From Acidobacteriota bacterium (GTDB lineage: Bacteria > Acidobacteriota > JAAYUB01), in NCBI GenBank assembly GCA_029565065.1, contig JAKQOW010000095.1:5616-69615 (forward strand): a DNA stretch of 64,000 bases, read 5' to 3'. The position numbers and the translations under genes were made by a program. Positions within the stretch are counted from its first letter, which is position 1. The number at the start of each line of letters is the position of its first letter. This document shows positions 36,599 to 45,776 of the stretch, piece after piece. A model generated the notes under the pieces. The model had not been told where the DNA came from and did no database searches. It saw nothing but the letters and a program-made list of their open reading frames with translations.

Positions 36599-37360
36599 TC
36601 ATGTGAGCGATATCCCGCCGTCCACCGGCAGGTTCACGCCCGTGATCCAGGCCGCCTCGTCGGAAGCCAGGAACACGGCGGCGCGGGCGATGTCCGCCGG
36701 CTCGCCCACGCGTCCCAGGGGATGGGCGGGCGCCATCCGCGCCAGGTGCGCGCGGATCTCGTCGGGCGACATGGTCGCCTCGAAGATGGGCGTGCGCACC
36801 ACCCCCGGCGAGATGGCGTTGCAGCGGATGCCGCGCCCGGCGTGTTCCAGCGCCACGCTCCGGGTGAACATCAGCACCCCCGCCTTCGCCGCCGAGTACG
36901 CGCTGCAGCCCGGCACGGGCATGTAGCCGAGGGTCGAGGCGATGTTGACAATCGACCCGCCGCCGGCGGCCGCCAGCAGCGGGATCAGCCCCTGGGTGAT
37001 GACGAAGACCGCCTCGAGGTTCACCCGCATGACCCGCGTGTAATCCCCCCGGGGATCGTCGTCCGAGCGAACGTCCCGGTAAAAGCCGGCGCTGTTCACC
37101 AGGACATGGACCGCGTCGCCGGCGTCGGTCCGCCCGCGCACCCACGCCTGCACCGCGTCGAGGTCCTCCAGGTCCACGCAGTGGATCCGCACCCGGCCCG
37201 GGTCCTCGCAGCCGGCCCGGGTCTCCTCGAGGCGGGCGCGGTCGCGCCCGATGATCTCAACGGCCGCTCCCTCCGCGACGAACTGCCGGCAGATCTCCCG
37301 GCCGATCCCGCTGCTGCCCCCGGTGACGATGGCCCGCTTGCCCGCCAGCCGTTGCGCCAT
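36599..37360 (-). CDS. SDR family oxidoreductase
   Basis: TGGSSGIG, LVNSAG, NIAS, YSAAK, PLGRVGEPADIA, VDGG. Confidence 0.95.
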   Translation of the reverse strand: MAQRLAGKRAIVTGGSSGIGREICRQFVAEGAAVEIIGRDRARLEETRAGCEDPGRVRIHCVDLEDLDAVQAWVRGRTDAGDAVHVLVNSAGFYRDVRSDDDPRGDYTRVMRVNLEAVFVITQGLIPLLAAAGGGSIVNIASTLGYMPVPGCSAYSAAKAGVLMFTRSVALEHAGRGIRCNAISPGVVRTPIFEATMSPDEIRAHLARMAPAHPLGRVGEPADIARAAVFLASDEAAWITGVNLPVDGGISLT

Positions 37361-37430
37361 GCCGACCCTCCTGTATCGGGTTCGATGATGCGGCCCGCGC
37401 CCGGATGCGCCGCCCTGCCCGCGGCTCCGG

Positions 37431-38450
37431 TCAGCCGATGCGCCCGGGCCGCCGGAGCAGCTCGTCCAGCCGGACCCGGACTGCGGCGATCACTGCGTCC
37501 AAGGAGCCCGTCAGCATGCAGCCGGAGGCACGGGGATGCCCGCCCCCGAGCGGCGTCAGACTGCGGGCGAACTCGCCCACGTTCACGGCGCCCCGCGAAC
37601 GGAACGAGATGCGGACGTTGCCGCCCGGCTGCTCCACGAAGAGCAGGCTCACCTCGACGCCGTTGATGAAGCAGATCTCGTCGATGATGTCGCCGGTGTC
37701 CTCGGTGGTGGCGCCCGAGCGGCGGATCATCTCCTGATCCATCACCGACCAGATGTAGCGCCCGTGCGGATCGCGCTCCATCCGGTTCAACACCAGGCCC
37801 AGCAGCTTCTTCATCGCGAAGCTGCGCACCAGGTGCACCCGCTCGGCGGTATCGGGGAAATCGAAGCCGGTCTCCAGCAGCCGGGCCGCCACCCGGTGGG
37901 ACGACGGCCGGGTCAGGTCGTATTGGAAGGCGCCGGTGTCGCACAGGATGCCCACATAGATGAGGTTGGCCAGCCGGGCGTCCAGGGGGATCCGCCACGT
38001 GGGATCGTCGACGATGGCGAACAGCACCTCCGTGGTGGAGGCGACCTGGCTGCTGCAAATCTCGATGTCGTAAGCGCCGGCGTTGCCGAAGGAGTGGTGG
38101 TCGATCTTCACCCGCACCGGGCACGCCATGAACAGCGGCCGGACCCGCCCCGCGCGGTCGGCGCCGCAGTCGACCACGATCCCCAGGTCGTAGCGCGCCC
38201 CGGCCGCCTCGGCTTGGTCCACCGGAACGATCTCCGGCGCGCCGTGCAGGAACAGGAAGCGGGCCGGGCAGGGGCGTTCGTTGACGACGTGGATGACCTT
38301 GCCACTGCCGGGGAACGCCTGCTCCAGCATGTACTTGACGGCCAGCTCGGCGGCGACGGAGTCGCCGTCCTCCCGTTCGGTGGCCGTGATCAGGATCCGG
38401 CCGGCCTGCCGCGCGGCGTCATGGAGGCGCTTCAATTCCGGTTCGAACAT
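37431..38450 (-). CDS. nrnA: DHH/DHHA1 phosphoesterase (NrnA-like)
   Basis: EDGDS, VDCG, IDHH, GILCDTG, RISFRSRG, GGGHPRASG. Confidence 0.88.
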   Translation of the reverse strand: MFEPELKRLHDAARQAGRILITATEREDGDSVAAELAVKYMLEQAFPGSGKVIHVVNERPCPARFLFLHGAPEIVPVDQAEAAGARYDLGIVVDCGADRAGRVRPLFMACPVRVKIDHHSFGNAGAYDIEICSSQVASTTEVLFAIVDDPTWRIPLDARLANLIYVGILCDTGAFQYDLTRPSSHRVAARLLETGFDFPDTAERVHLVRSFAMKKLLGLVLNRMERDPHGRYIWSVMDQEMIRRSGATTEDTGDIIDEICFINGVEVSLLFVEQPGGNVRISFRSRGAVNVGEFARSLTPLGGGHPRASGCMLTGSLDAVIAAVRVRLDELLRRPGRIG

Positions 38451-38514
38451 GGGGCGTCCCACCTGACGGAGAAATAAATGGTCATGTTACCAAAGGGCGC
38501 GGATGAATGAAAAC

Positions 38515-38545
38515 AAAAAAAGGGACCGGCCCCATGGGCCGGCCC
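38515..38545 (-). terminator. Intrinsic terminator after the 38588-39010 gene
   Basis: Palindrome CCGGCCCATGGGCCGG followed on the minus strand by a T run. Confidence 0.7.
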
Positions 38546-38587
38546 CAATGCTGTTGCAGGCGCAGTACTCGGCAGTTGCCGGTCTCG

Positions 38588-39010
38588 TTAGAGCAGGGCC
38601 AGCAGCCTGTTCTTCTTCTCTTCGAATTCGTCCGCGGTGATAAGCCCCTCCACCATCAGGGCCTGCAGATCCTTGATGATCCCCGGAATGTCGGCGACAT
38701 CCAGCGACATCATGATCTCGAGCAGGTCGCCCACCTCCACGGCCTCCTTGGCCTTCTTCCGCGGCTTCGGTTTGTCCTCACCGCGACGGAAGGACACCGA
38801 CTCGCCCAGTTTGACGGCATCCACCAGCCAGTTCACGCGCAGCCAGAACTTGGAGCCGCCTTTCTTGCCGTTGGACCACCAGGCCCGGTGCTTGTAGGCG
38901 GAATCCGGCAGCTTGAACGTGGCCAGTTCCTCCATCTGGTCGTAGGTCAGGCTGACGGCGCTCTCTTTCAGCGTGGCCAAATACTTTTCGATCGGTTCGT
39001 ACTTGCTCAC
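38588..39010 (-). CDS. DUF7662-like domain plus C-terminal SHOCT domain protein
   Basis: MSKYEPIEKYL...LPDSAYKHRAWWSN; C-terminal IKDLQALMVEGLITADEFEEKKNRLL. Confidence 0.75.
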   Translation of the reverse strand: MSKYEPIEKYLATLKESAVSLTYDQMEELATFKLPDSAYKHRAWWSNGKKGGSKFWLRVNWLVDAVKLGESVSFRRGEDKPKPRKKAKEAVEVGDLLEIMMSLDVADIPGIIKDLQALMVEGLITADEFEEKKNRLLALL

Positions 39011-39019
39011 GTTCGGAAC

Positions 39020-39240
39020 CTCCTGTTAAATTCAATTGCTGATATAAATACAAAACTGATTTTATTTCGAATAATTATATTTATCAACAATTTTTTACAT
39101 AATTAATTAGTTTTTTACATGAATAATTTTAAAAGAAATCGCAAATAATTCAAAAATAAGTATTTACAGAAAACCATAAACATCAGACACACATATAATC
39201 ACAACAATCACCGGAGCTCGCCAAGCGTATAGAATCCTAT
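39020..39240. other. Strongly AT-rich intergenic tract
   Basis: Almost all A/T against a GC-rich background; direct repeat TTTTTTACAT at 39091 and 39111. Confidence 0.9.
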
Positions 39241-39316
39241 GGCGGATATCTGCATGTTTTTGTATCATATTCATCGCCCGGTGCATCTCACCAGGCGAGA
39301 GATTTGGAGCGCGCCC

Positions 39317-39850
39317 ATGATACTGCCCATCAAGGTGTACGGAGATCCGGTGCTTCGGCGCAAGGCCGCTCCCGTCACCGTGTTCGATGACGCGCTGGCC
39401 CGCCTGGCGGCGGACATGGCCGAAACCATGTACCATGCGCCCGGCATCGGCCTGGCGGCCCCGCAGGTGGGGGTGAGCCTGCGGTTCATCGTCGTGGATG
39501 TCTCCCACGGCGAGTTCAAGGACCGCCTCTACGTGATGGCCAATCCGGAAGTGGTCGAGACGGCCACCGAAACCGAGCGCTGCGACGAGGGGTGCCTGAG
39601 CGTGCCCGAATTCACGGAAGCGGTGGTCCGCCCGCGCTGGGCCCGCATCCGCGGCCAGGACCTGCAGGGCAACACCTACGAGGTGGACGCCCACGACCTG
39701 CTGGCCCGCTGTTTTCTCCACGAGATCGACCACCTCGACGGCGTGCTGTTCGTCGACCGGATCATGTCATTCCGCCGCCGGCTGGCCCGGCAGCGCCTCA
39801 AGAAACACTTCGGGACCGTTTCCCTCCCCGACGCCACGCTGGCCCTCTGA
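39317..39850 (+). CDS. def: Peptide deformylase
   Basis: GIGLAAPQVG, EGCLSVP, HEIDHLDG. Confidence 0.97.
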   Translation: MILPIKVYGDPVLRRKAAPVTVFDDALARLAADMAETMYHAPGIGLAAPQVGVSLRFIVVDVSHGEFKDRLYVMANPEVVETATETERCDEGCLSVPEFTEAVVRPRWARIRGQDLQGNTYEVDAHDLLARCFLHEIDHLDGVLFVDRIMSFRRRLARQRLKKHFGTVSLPDATLAL

Positions 39851-39913
39851 ATCCCTTACGCGCGACGGCGGAAATCTGGGATAATAGCGCAGCCCCACCG
39901 GGGCGGAGGCCGC

Positions 39914-40855
39914 ATGCGCATCGTGTTCATGGGTTCCAGTGAATTTTCAGTCGCCTCGCTGGCCGCGCTTGTCGACGCCGGCGAGGCGGTGGCCGCGGTA
40001 ATCACCCAGCCCGACCGGCCGGCGGGTCGCGGCCTCAAGGTGACACCGTCGCCGGTGAAGCAGTTCGCGGCGGCGCGCGGCCTACCGGTGTTCCAGTTCG
40101 CGTCCATGAAGAGCGTGGAGGCGCACGCGGAGTTGGCCGCCCTGCGGCCCGATCTGCTGGTGGTGGCCGCCTACGGCCAGATTCTCCCCCAGCGGATCCT
40201 CGACGTGCCGCGGATCGCGCCTCTGAACGTCCACGCCTCGCTGCTGCCCCGCTACCGTGGCGCCGCGCCGATCGCCTGGGCGATCCTGCAGGGGGAGATC
40301 CGCACGGGCATCTCCATCATGCGGATCGTCCGTCGGCTCGACGCCGGCGACGTCCTGGTGCAGCGGCCGGAGCCCATCCGGCCCGCTGACACGGCCGCCA
40401 CCCTCCACGACCGGCTCAAGGAACTGGGTGCCCGCTGCCTGCTGGAGGCGCTGGATCTGATCCGGGCCGGCCGGGCCACCTACACGCCGCAGGACGAGCG
40501 TGAGGCGTCGTACGCCCCCACCCTGGACCGGGCCATGGCCCCGCTGGAATGGGCCCGGCCCGCCGGCGAGGTGCTCAACCGGATCCGCGGCCTGAACCCG
40601 TGGCCGGTGGCCCAGACCACCTTCCGCGGCCGGACCTGCAAGATCTGGCTCGCCGAACCGGCGGAGGCCCCCGCCCACGATTCGCAATCGGTTCAGCCGG
40701 GCCGGCTCCAGCTCGCCGGCCGGCGTCTGGCGGTCCAGGCCGGCGACGGCGGCTGGCTGCATGTGCTTGAGTTGCAGCTGCCGGGCCGCGCCGCCGTGGA
40801 CGGCGAAGCGTTCGCCCGGGGCGCCCGGATCGCCGAGGGGGATGCGTTTGCCTAG
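39914..40855 (+). CDS. fmt: Methionyl-tRNA formyltransferase
   Basis: RIVFMG, TQPDRPAGRG, VAAYGQIL, NVHASLLPRYRGAAPI, LDAGD. Confidence 0.97.
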   Translation: MRIVFMGSSEFSVASLAALVDAGEAVAAVITQPDRPAGRGLKVTPSPVKQFAAARGLPVFQFASMKSVEAHAELAALRPDLLVVAAYGQILPQRILDVPRIAPLNVHASLLPRYRGAAPIAWAILQGEIRTGISIMRIVRRLDAGDVLVQRPEPIRPADTAATLHDRLKELGARCLLEALDLIRAGRATYTPQDEREASYAPTLDRAMAPLEWARPAGEVLNRIRGLNPWPVAQTTFRGRTCKIWLAEPAEAPAHDSQSVQPGRLQLAGRRLAVQAGDGGWLHVLELQLPGRAAVDGEAFARGARIAEGDAFA

Positions 40856-42227
40856 CCGCGCGCCCCACCCGTCGCCGCGGCGGCTGGCCGCCGAGCACCT
40901 GGGCCGGGTGCTGGCCCGCCGCAGCTGCACGCCCGAGGGGCTGGCCGACGAGCCCGCCTACCAGAGCCTAGACGACGCCGACCGCCGGCTCTGCTTCGAG
41001 CTGCTGCTCGGCACCCTGCGCCACCTCGCCCTCGTGGACGCCGTCCTGGAGCGGCTTTGCCGCCGGCCGCCGCGCTTTCAGCCGCCGCTGGTGCGCAACC
41101 TCCTCCGCACCGCCCTGTACCAGCTGTTCTTCCTCGAGCGGGTGCCCGACTACGCCGCGGTCGATGAGGCCGTCGGCGAGATCCGCCGCTCGCCGTACCG
41201 GGGCATGGGCGGATTCGCCAACGGGGTGCTGCGCGCCGCGGCCCGCCAGGGCCGGCCGGAAGCGGTCCTGGACGTCGATCCCGCCACGCCGACCGGACTG
41301 GCCCTGCTCACATCGCACCCGCCATTCCTGGTGGAGCGCTGGCTGGAACGGCATCCTCGCGAAGCGATCGAGGCCTGGCTGCGGCGGGCCAACCGCCCGC
41401 CGGCGCACTACCTGGTGACCAACACGCGGCGCACCGACGCCGCGGCGCTAGCCGCCGCCTGGGCGGTCCGAGGCGTCGCCGTCCGGCCGACCCGGCCGGA
41501 TTGGCCGGTGCTCGCCGTGGACGGCTCCCTGCGTGACATCGATGGCGAGCTGGACGCGGGGTTGTGCTATCCGCAGGACCTGTGGTCGTTCGCCATCAGC
41601 CGGCTCGTGCCGGAGCGGCCCTACCGGGCCGTGGCCGACCTCTGCGCGGCGCCGGGCGGCAAGAGCTTCGCCCTCTCCTTACGCTTTCCGGACGCGCACG
41701 TGGCGGCCATGGACAGCCACCCCGCCCGGCTGGCGGTGCTGGCCCGCCGCGCCGCCGCGCTGGGCCTGGACCGGATCGCCGTCGTTGTCGGCGACGCCGC
41801 CGCCCCACCGCTGCCGGCCGCCGGCTTCGACCTGGTGCTCGTGGACGCTCCCTGCTCCGGCACTGGCACGCTCCAGCGCAACCCCGACCTGCGCTGGAAA
41901 CTCAAAGAGGAAGACATCCTCCGCCTCAGTCGCCTGCAGCGCCCCATCCTGGCGGCGGCGGCCGGCCTGGTGGCCCCCGGCGGCATCCTGGTCTACGCCA
42001 CCTGCTCCGCCGAGCCGGAGGAGAACGAGGCGGTGGTGGACGAGTTCCTGGAGCACGCAGCCGGCGCCTTCCGCCCGCTGCCTCCCGACGCCGCCGAAAC
42101 GCAGTTCATCACCCGGGACGGGTATTTCCGAACCTTCCCCATCGCCACCGAAGGCGAGGGCTTCTTCGCCGCGGTCATGGAGCGGCAGGACACCGATTGC
42201 GGCCCGCTCACCCGGCGGCACGGTTGA
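40842..42227 (+). CDS. rsmB: 16S rRNA m5C967 methyltransferase (NusB-like N-terminus)
   Basis: DLCAAPGGK, VDAPCSGTGTLQRNPD, YATCSAEPEEN; def-fmt-rsmB synteny. Confidence 0.92.
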   Translation: MRLPSRAPHPSPRRLAAEHLGRVLARRSCTPEGLADEPAYQSLDDADRRLCFELLLGTLRHLALVDAVLERLCRRPPRFQPPLVRNLLRTALYQLFFLERVPDYAAVDEAVGEIRRSPYRGMGGFANGVLRAAARQGRPEAVLDVDPATPTGLALLTSHPPFLVERWLERHPREAIEAWLRRANRPPAHYLVTNTRRTDAAALAAAWAVRGVAVRPTRPDWPVLAVDGSLRDIDGELDAGLCYPQDLWSFAISRLVPERPYRAVADLCAAPGGKSFALSLRFPDAHVAAMDSHPARLAVLARRAAALGLDRIAVVVGDAAAPPLPAAGFDLVLVDAPCSGTGTLQRNPDLRWKLKEEDILRLSRLQRPILAAAAGLVAPGGILVYATCSAEPEENEAVVDEFLEHAAGAFRPLPPDAAETQFITRDGYFRTFPIATEGEGFFAAVMERQDTDCGPLTRRHG

Positions 42228-42461
42228 GCCATTCACCCTCTGGTTCGAGTCGCGGCGAGAACGGATCGGCATCCCCCGTACCGTGCCGATTGTCACCGTG
42301 CCCGTCCGGCGGACGGGCGCTACTCAGCGGCAAACAGTAGGCCGCGCCCGCCGGGCGCGGCCCGATCTCTCGGCACAATTGATCGATTCGCCCACTGCGC
42401 CGAGTTTCGTCGCGGCGAGGACCGATCGAAATCCCGCCACTTCTTGCCGACTTTCACGGTT

Positions 42462-42809
42462 TCATTGATCATCTGACATTTGTCATTGGGCATTTCATAC
42501 GGTGAATCGGGAGACGGGAGGCGGGACCTTGGACCTGGGTGATGGGACCTGGGGAGAGGGACCAGGGGAGAGGGGCACGCCAAGGCGCGAAGGCGCGAAG
42601 AAGACTGTTTTTGTCAATGGAAAGACGGGGAGAAGGACCTGGGTGCTGGGTGCTGGCACCTGGGAGATGGACCCCAAGACCCAGAACCTAGGTCCCAGGT
42701 CCGATCACGATTACGATCACGATTACGACTTACGATTACGAATTACGAGCACGAAAAGAAGCTCTTAACTCTAAACTCCTATCTCCTATCTCCTCACTGT
42801 TCACTGTTC
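42462..42809. repeat. Mosaic of short tandem repeats (6-8-nt and 14-nt periods)
   Basis: NCATYKN x5, NCGGGAS x3, GGACCWGGGKRRWG x3, AAGGCGCG x2, CTGGGTG-type with inverted copies, GATYAC x4 or more, and seven heptamers GCTCTTA...ACTGTTC. Confidence 0.85.
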
Positions 42810-42815
42810 GCCAAC

Positions 42816-42843
42816 AAAAAAAACCGGGCGCGGGCCCGGTTTT
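42816..42843 (-). terminator. Intrinsic terminator after the FGE lipoprotein gene
   Basis: AAAACCGGGC-gcgg-GCCCGGTTTT with an A8 run on the plus strand (U tract on minus). Confidence 0.8.
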
Positions 42844-42869
42844 ACAGTTTCCGACGAGTCCGATTCGGT

Positions 42870-43709
42870 TTACTTGTACAGGTCCTTGTACTTGGCCTCG
42901 TCCTCGGGGGTGGCGTCCTTGGCGCAGCGGAAGCCCACGCCCAGCTGGTAGTTGTTGGGGAAGGCGGCGCGGGCCGCCAGCGGGTACTTCGTCCCGTCGA
43001 TGTACAGTGACGCGCCCTTGACCACCATCAGCTTGATGCCGTAGTTCCGATCCTTGGCCTTGGTGCCGGGATACGGATCGTAGTAGCTGGAGGTCCACTC
43101 GAAGATGTTGCCCAGCATGTCGTGGGCGCCGTAAAAGCTCACGTCGCCCTTGCTCTCGCCGATGTTCATCAGCACGCGGCTGCCGCTGTTGGCGGCGCTG
43201 TCAATCCATTCGTCGCCCCAGGGGAATTTGCGCGGCTTCTGGGTCTTCTCGTCCCACAGCGCGGCCTTCTCCCACTCCTCCTGCGAGGGTAGGCGCTTCT
43301 TGGCCCACTTGGCGTACGCCTCGGCGTCGGAGTAGATGACGTTGTAGATGGGGTGCAGCGGCTTGTTCGGGTCGCAGACGCGCCAGTTGCCCTTGGTGGC
43401 GTAGCCGGAGTCGGCCACAAACTGCAGGAACTGCTCGTAGGTCACCTCGTACTTGTCGAGCCAGAACGCCTTGAGATTCACCTCGTGCGCCGGCGAGCTG
43501 GTCTTGGTGACTGCGTCCTCGAACGGGCCGCCGATGATGCACTTGCCGGCCGGCACGAACACCATCTCGTTGTAGTCGATCACCGGCTCGGCGGGTTCCG
43601 CCGGCGTCGGTTCCGGCGTCGGCTCCGGCTGCGTGCCGCAGCCCGCGGACAGGAGTAGAAAAACAACGGTCAATAGGAGCATGAAAAACCAAACAAACTG
43701 TTTGCTCAT
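42870..43709 (-). CDS. Formylglycine-generating enzyme (SUMF1/EgtB/PvdO) domain lipoprotein
   Basis: Lipobox SAGC, Pro/Glu linker, MVFVPAG, FWLDKYEVT, KRLPSQEEWEKAA, FPWG, DMLGNIFEW, GFRCA. Confidence 0.92.
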   Translation of the reverse strand: MSKQFVWFFMLLLTVVFLLLSAGCGTQPEPTPEPTPAEPAEPVIDYNEMVFVPAGKCIIGGPFEDAVTKTSSPAHEVNLKAFWLDKYEVTYEQFLQFVADSGYATKGNWRVCDPNKPLHPIYNVIYSDAEAYAKWAKKRLPSQEEWEKAALWDEKTQKPRKFPWGDEWIDSAANSGSRVLMNIGESKGDVSFYGAHDMLGNIFEWTSSYYDPYPGTKAKDRNYGIKLMVVKGASLYIDGTKYPLAARAAFPNNYQLGVGFRCAKDATPEDEAKYKDLYK

Positions 43710-43794
43710 TATGCCTCCCTAAGCTGACTGATGATCACGATTGATTGCGGCCCGGACTGGTTCCACGATGCAGCATCCTTGACTACGGGCTTTT

Positions 43795-43823
43795 ATTATA
43801 GATGGTTCGGCCGGCGTCCACAA
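43795..43823 (-). promoter_or_regulatory. Sigma70 promoter TTGTGG-N17-TATAAT for the FGE lipoprotein gene
   Basis: Perfect -10 with 17-nt spacer on the minus strand. Confidence 0.5.
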
Positions 43824-43871
43824 CAAAATTCATCGGCCGCCGCGCCCGCCCGACGGTCGGCCGGCGGCAAA

Positions 43872-44960
43872 TCAGTCCCGCCGATACTTGTACCAGGCGG
43901 CGCAGGTGCCTTCCGACGACACCATGCACGCCCCGACGGGCGACTCCGGCACACAGGCGGTTCCGAACAACGCGCAATCCGGCGGCTGGCAGATGCCCTT
44001 GAGGATGTCGCCGCACCGGCAGCCGGCCGGCTCCGCGGCCGGCTCCAGGGGGACCGGAAAGCGCGCGGCGGCGTCGAACTCCCGGAACTCGTCCCGCAGC
44101 GCCAAACCGCTCCCCGGCAGAAGGCCGATCCCCCGCCAGCGGTCGTCGCACGGCTGGAAGGTCTCCGCCAGCAGGCGCTGGGCGGCCCGGTTCCCCTCGG
44201 GCCGGACCACGCGGGCGTACTCGTTGTCCACCGTCGGCGCGCCGCGGATGATCTGCTCCGCCAGCAGCCGGACGCCCTGCAGGATGTCCAGCGGCTCGAA
44301 GCCCACCACCGCGCAGGCGACGCCGTAGCGCTGCGGCAGGAACTCGTAGGCCCGCGCACCGATGACGGCGCTCACGTGGGCGGGGCACAGGTAGCCGTGG
44401 ACTCCGACGGCCGGGTCGCGGGCCAGCACGTCCATCGCCGGCGGGATGAGCTTGTGGGCCACGAGCACGGAGAAGTTGTCCAGCCGCTCCCGCCGGGCCT
44501 GCTGCACCGCCGCCGCGACGGTGGGGGCGGTGGTCTCGAAGCCCACGCCCAGGAAGACCACCTGGCGGTCGGACCGGCGGCGGGCCACCTCGAGCGCGTC
44601 GAGGGTCGAGTAGACGACCCGGATGTCCCGCCCGGCCGCCCGCTCGTGACTGAGGGTGGTGTGCGCGCCGGGCACCTTCATCATGTCGCCGAAGGTGGTC
44701 AGCACCACCTCCGGGAGCCGCCCGATGGCGACGGCCCGGTCGATGTAAGCCATCTCGGTCACGCAGACCGGGCACCCCGGGCCGGAGATCAGGTTCACCG
44801 TCTCGGGCAGCAGGTCGCGGATCCCAAAGCGGTGGATCGCCATGGTGTGCGAGCCGCACACCTCCATGAGGGTGATCCGGCGCCCCAGCGGCAGGCCGCA
44901 AATCGCCTCCGCGAGCCGGCGGGCGTCGTCCCGGCCGCGGAATTCCTGGATGTACTTCAT
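43872..44960 (-). CDS. hypD: Hydrogenase maturation protein HypD
   Basis: MEVCGSHT, SGPGCPVCV, GVGFETT, PAHVS, C-terminal CRCGDILKG...CALFG...GACMVSSEGTCAA. Confidence 0.97.
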   Translation of the reverse strand: MKYIQEFRGRDDARRLAEAICGLPLGRRITLMEVCGSHTMAIHRFGIRDLLPETVNLISGPGCPVCVTEMAYIDRAVAIGRLPEVVLTTFGDMMKVPGAHTTLSHERAAGRDIRVVYSTLDALEVARRRSDRQVVFLGVGFETTAPTVAAAVQQARRERLDNFSVLVAHKLIPPAMDVLARDPAVGVHGYLCPAHVSAVIGARAYEFLPQRYGVACAVVGFEPLDILQGVRLLAEQIIRGAPTVDNEYARVVRPEGNRAAQRLLAETFQPCDDRWRGIGLLPGSGLALRDEFREFDAAARFPVPLEPAAEPAGCRCGDILKGICQPPDCALFGTACVPESPVGACMVSSEGTCAAWYKYRRD

Positions 44961-44982
44961 GGGGAGCCCGGCCGGCGGCGCG

Positions 44983-45747
44983 TCACTGGGCGGGGGCGGC
45001 CGGCAGCGCCTGCTTCATGTCGTAGGCGAGGTCGCGGACGAGGGTGAGCTCCTGCCGCGTGATGGTCATCTCCATTAGCTGATTGCGCTCGTTGACGCCG
45101 ACGGCCACGCCCTGGAATCCGCCCACGTCGATGAAAAACCGGCGCAGGGTCATCTCGCCGAGCGGGGTGGTCACCTTCTGCTCGCCCGAAAAGCTGATCT
45201 TGCCGCTGAGTTCCTGGGCGATTTTGGGGATGTACAGGCGGATGGGCACGTCCGGCTCCCGGGAATGGCCGTACTTGCGGAGGATGAGCGCGTACTGGCT
45301 GAAAACCGCCTCCTCGAGGATCCTGAAGTCGGCGCTCACCTTGGCCGTCCGGCTCAGCGCCTGCCCGCCCATGAGGGCGCTGTCGTTGGCCTTGCCTCCG
45401 GAGAAGGTGACGTAGACGTTGCTCGGCCGGTCGTTGACCGTGAAATTGTCGGTGTACTCGATGGGGTTGAACTTGTCGTCCATGATCTCCTTCGTCTGGT
45501 AGGCGAAGAAGGTGTTGCCGGCGCCCCGCGGGAGCACGAGCTCGCTCTCGGTCTCCATCACCATCCGGCCGTCCGGCTGGCGGGCCAGGACGTACTTTTC
45601 AAATCCGACCTCGGCGTTCCGGAAGTAGATGATCAGACGGCCCTCCTCCAGCACCGTCCGGCCGGCCGGGCCGGCGGAGCCGGTCTGGCCGACGGCCAGA
45701 CCCGCCAGGAGGATGGCCCATGCCGCGATCCACATTCTGTGACCCAT
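44983..45747 (-). CDS. Exported hypothetical beta-rich protein
   Basis: Signal peptide MWIAAWAILLAGLAVG; beta-strand-rich body. Confidence 0.75.
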   Translation of the reverse strand: MGHRMWIAAWAILLAGLAVGQTGSAGPAGRTVLEEGRLIIYFRNAEVGFEKYVLARQPDGRMVMETESELVLPRGAGNTFFAYQTKEIMDDKFNPIEYTDNFTVNDRPSNVYVTFSGGKANDSALMGGQALSRTAKVSADFRILEEAVFSQYALILRKYGHSREPDVPIRLYIPKIAQELSGKISFSGEQKVTTPLGEMTLRRFFIDVGGFQGVAVGVNERNQLMEMTITRQELTLVRDLAYDMKQALPAAPAQ

Positions 45748-45776
45748 GACCGCTCCCTCTTATCGCCGGAATGGTA

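Noticed and set aside
39020-39240. AT-rich tract as a replication origin
   Set aside because: Only one imperfect DnaA-box-like 9-mer, and no dnaA/dnaN/gidA context
42320-42380. GGCAAAC suggesting a c-di-GMP-I riboswitch
   Set aside because: Lacks the downstream GNRA/ACGCAAAG elements and P2-P3 architecture
42380-42460. GACGAAAC on the minus strand suggesting a hammerhead ribozyme
   Set aside because: No CUGANGA core at the required position
42703-42752. GATYAC repeats as a CRISPR array or a (DHDY)n coding repeat
   Set aside because: Period is 6-7 nt with no unique spacers and no cas genes; the overlapping ORF is low-complexity with no SD
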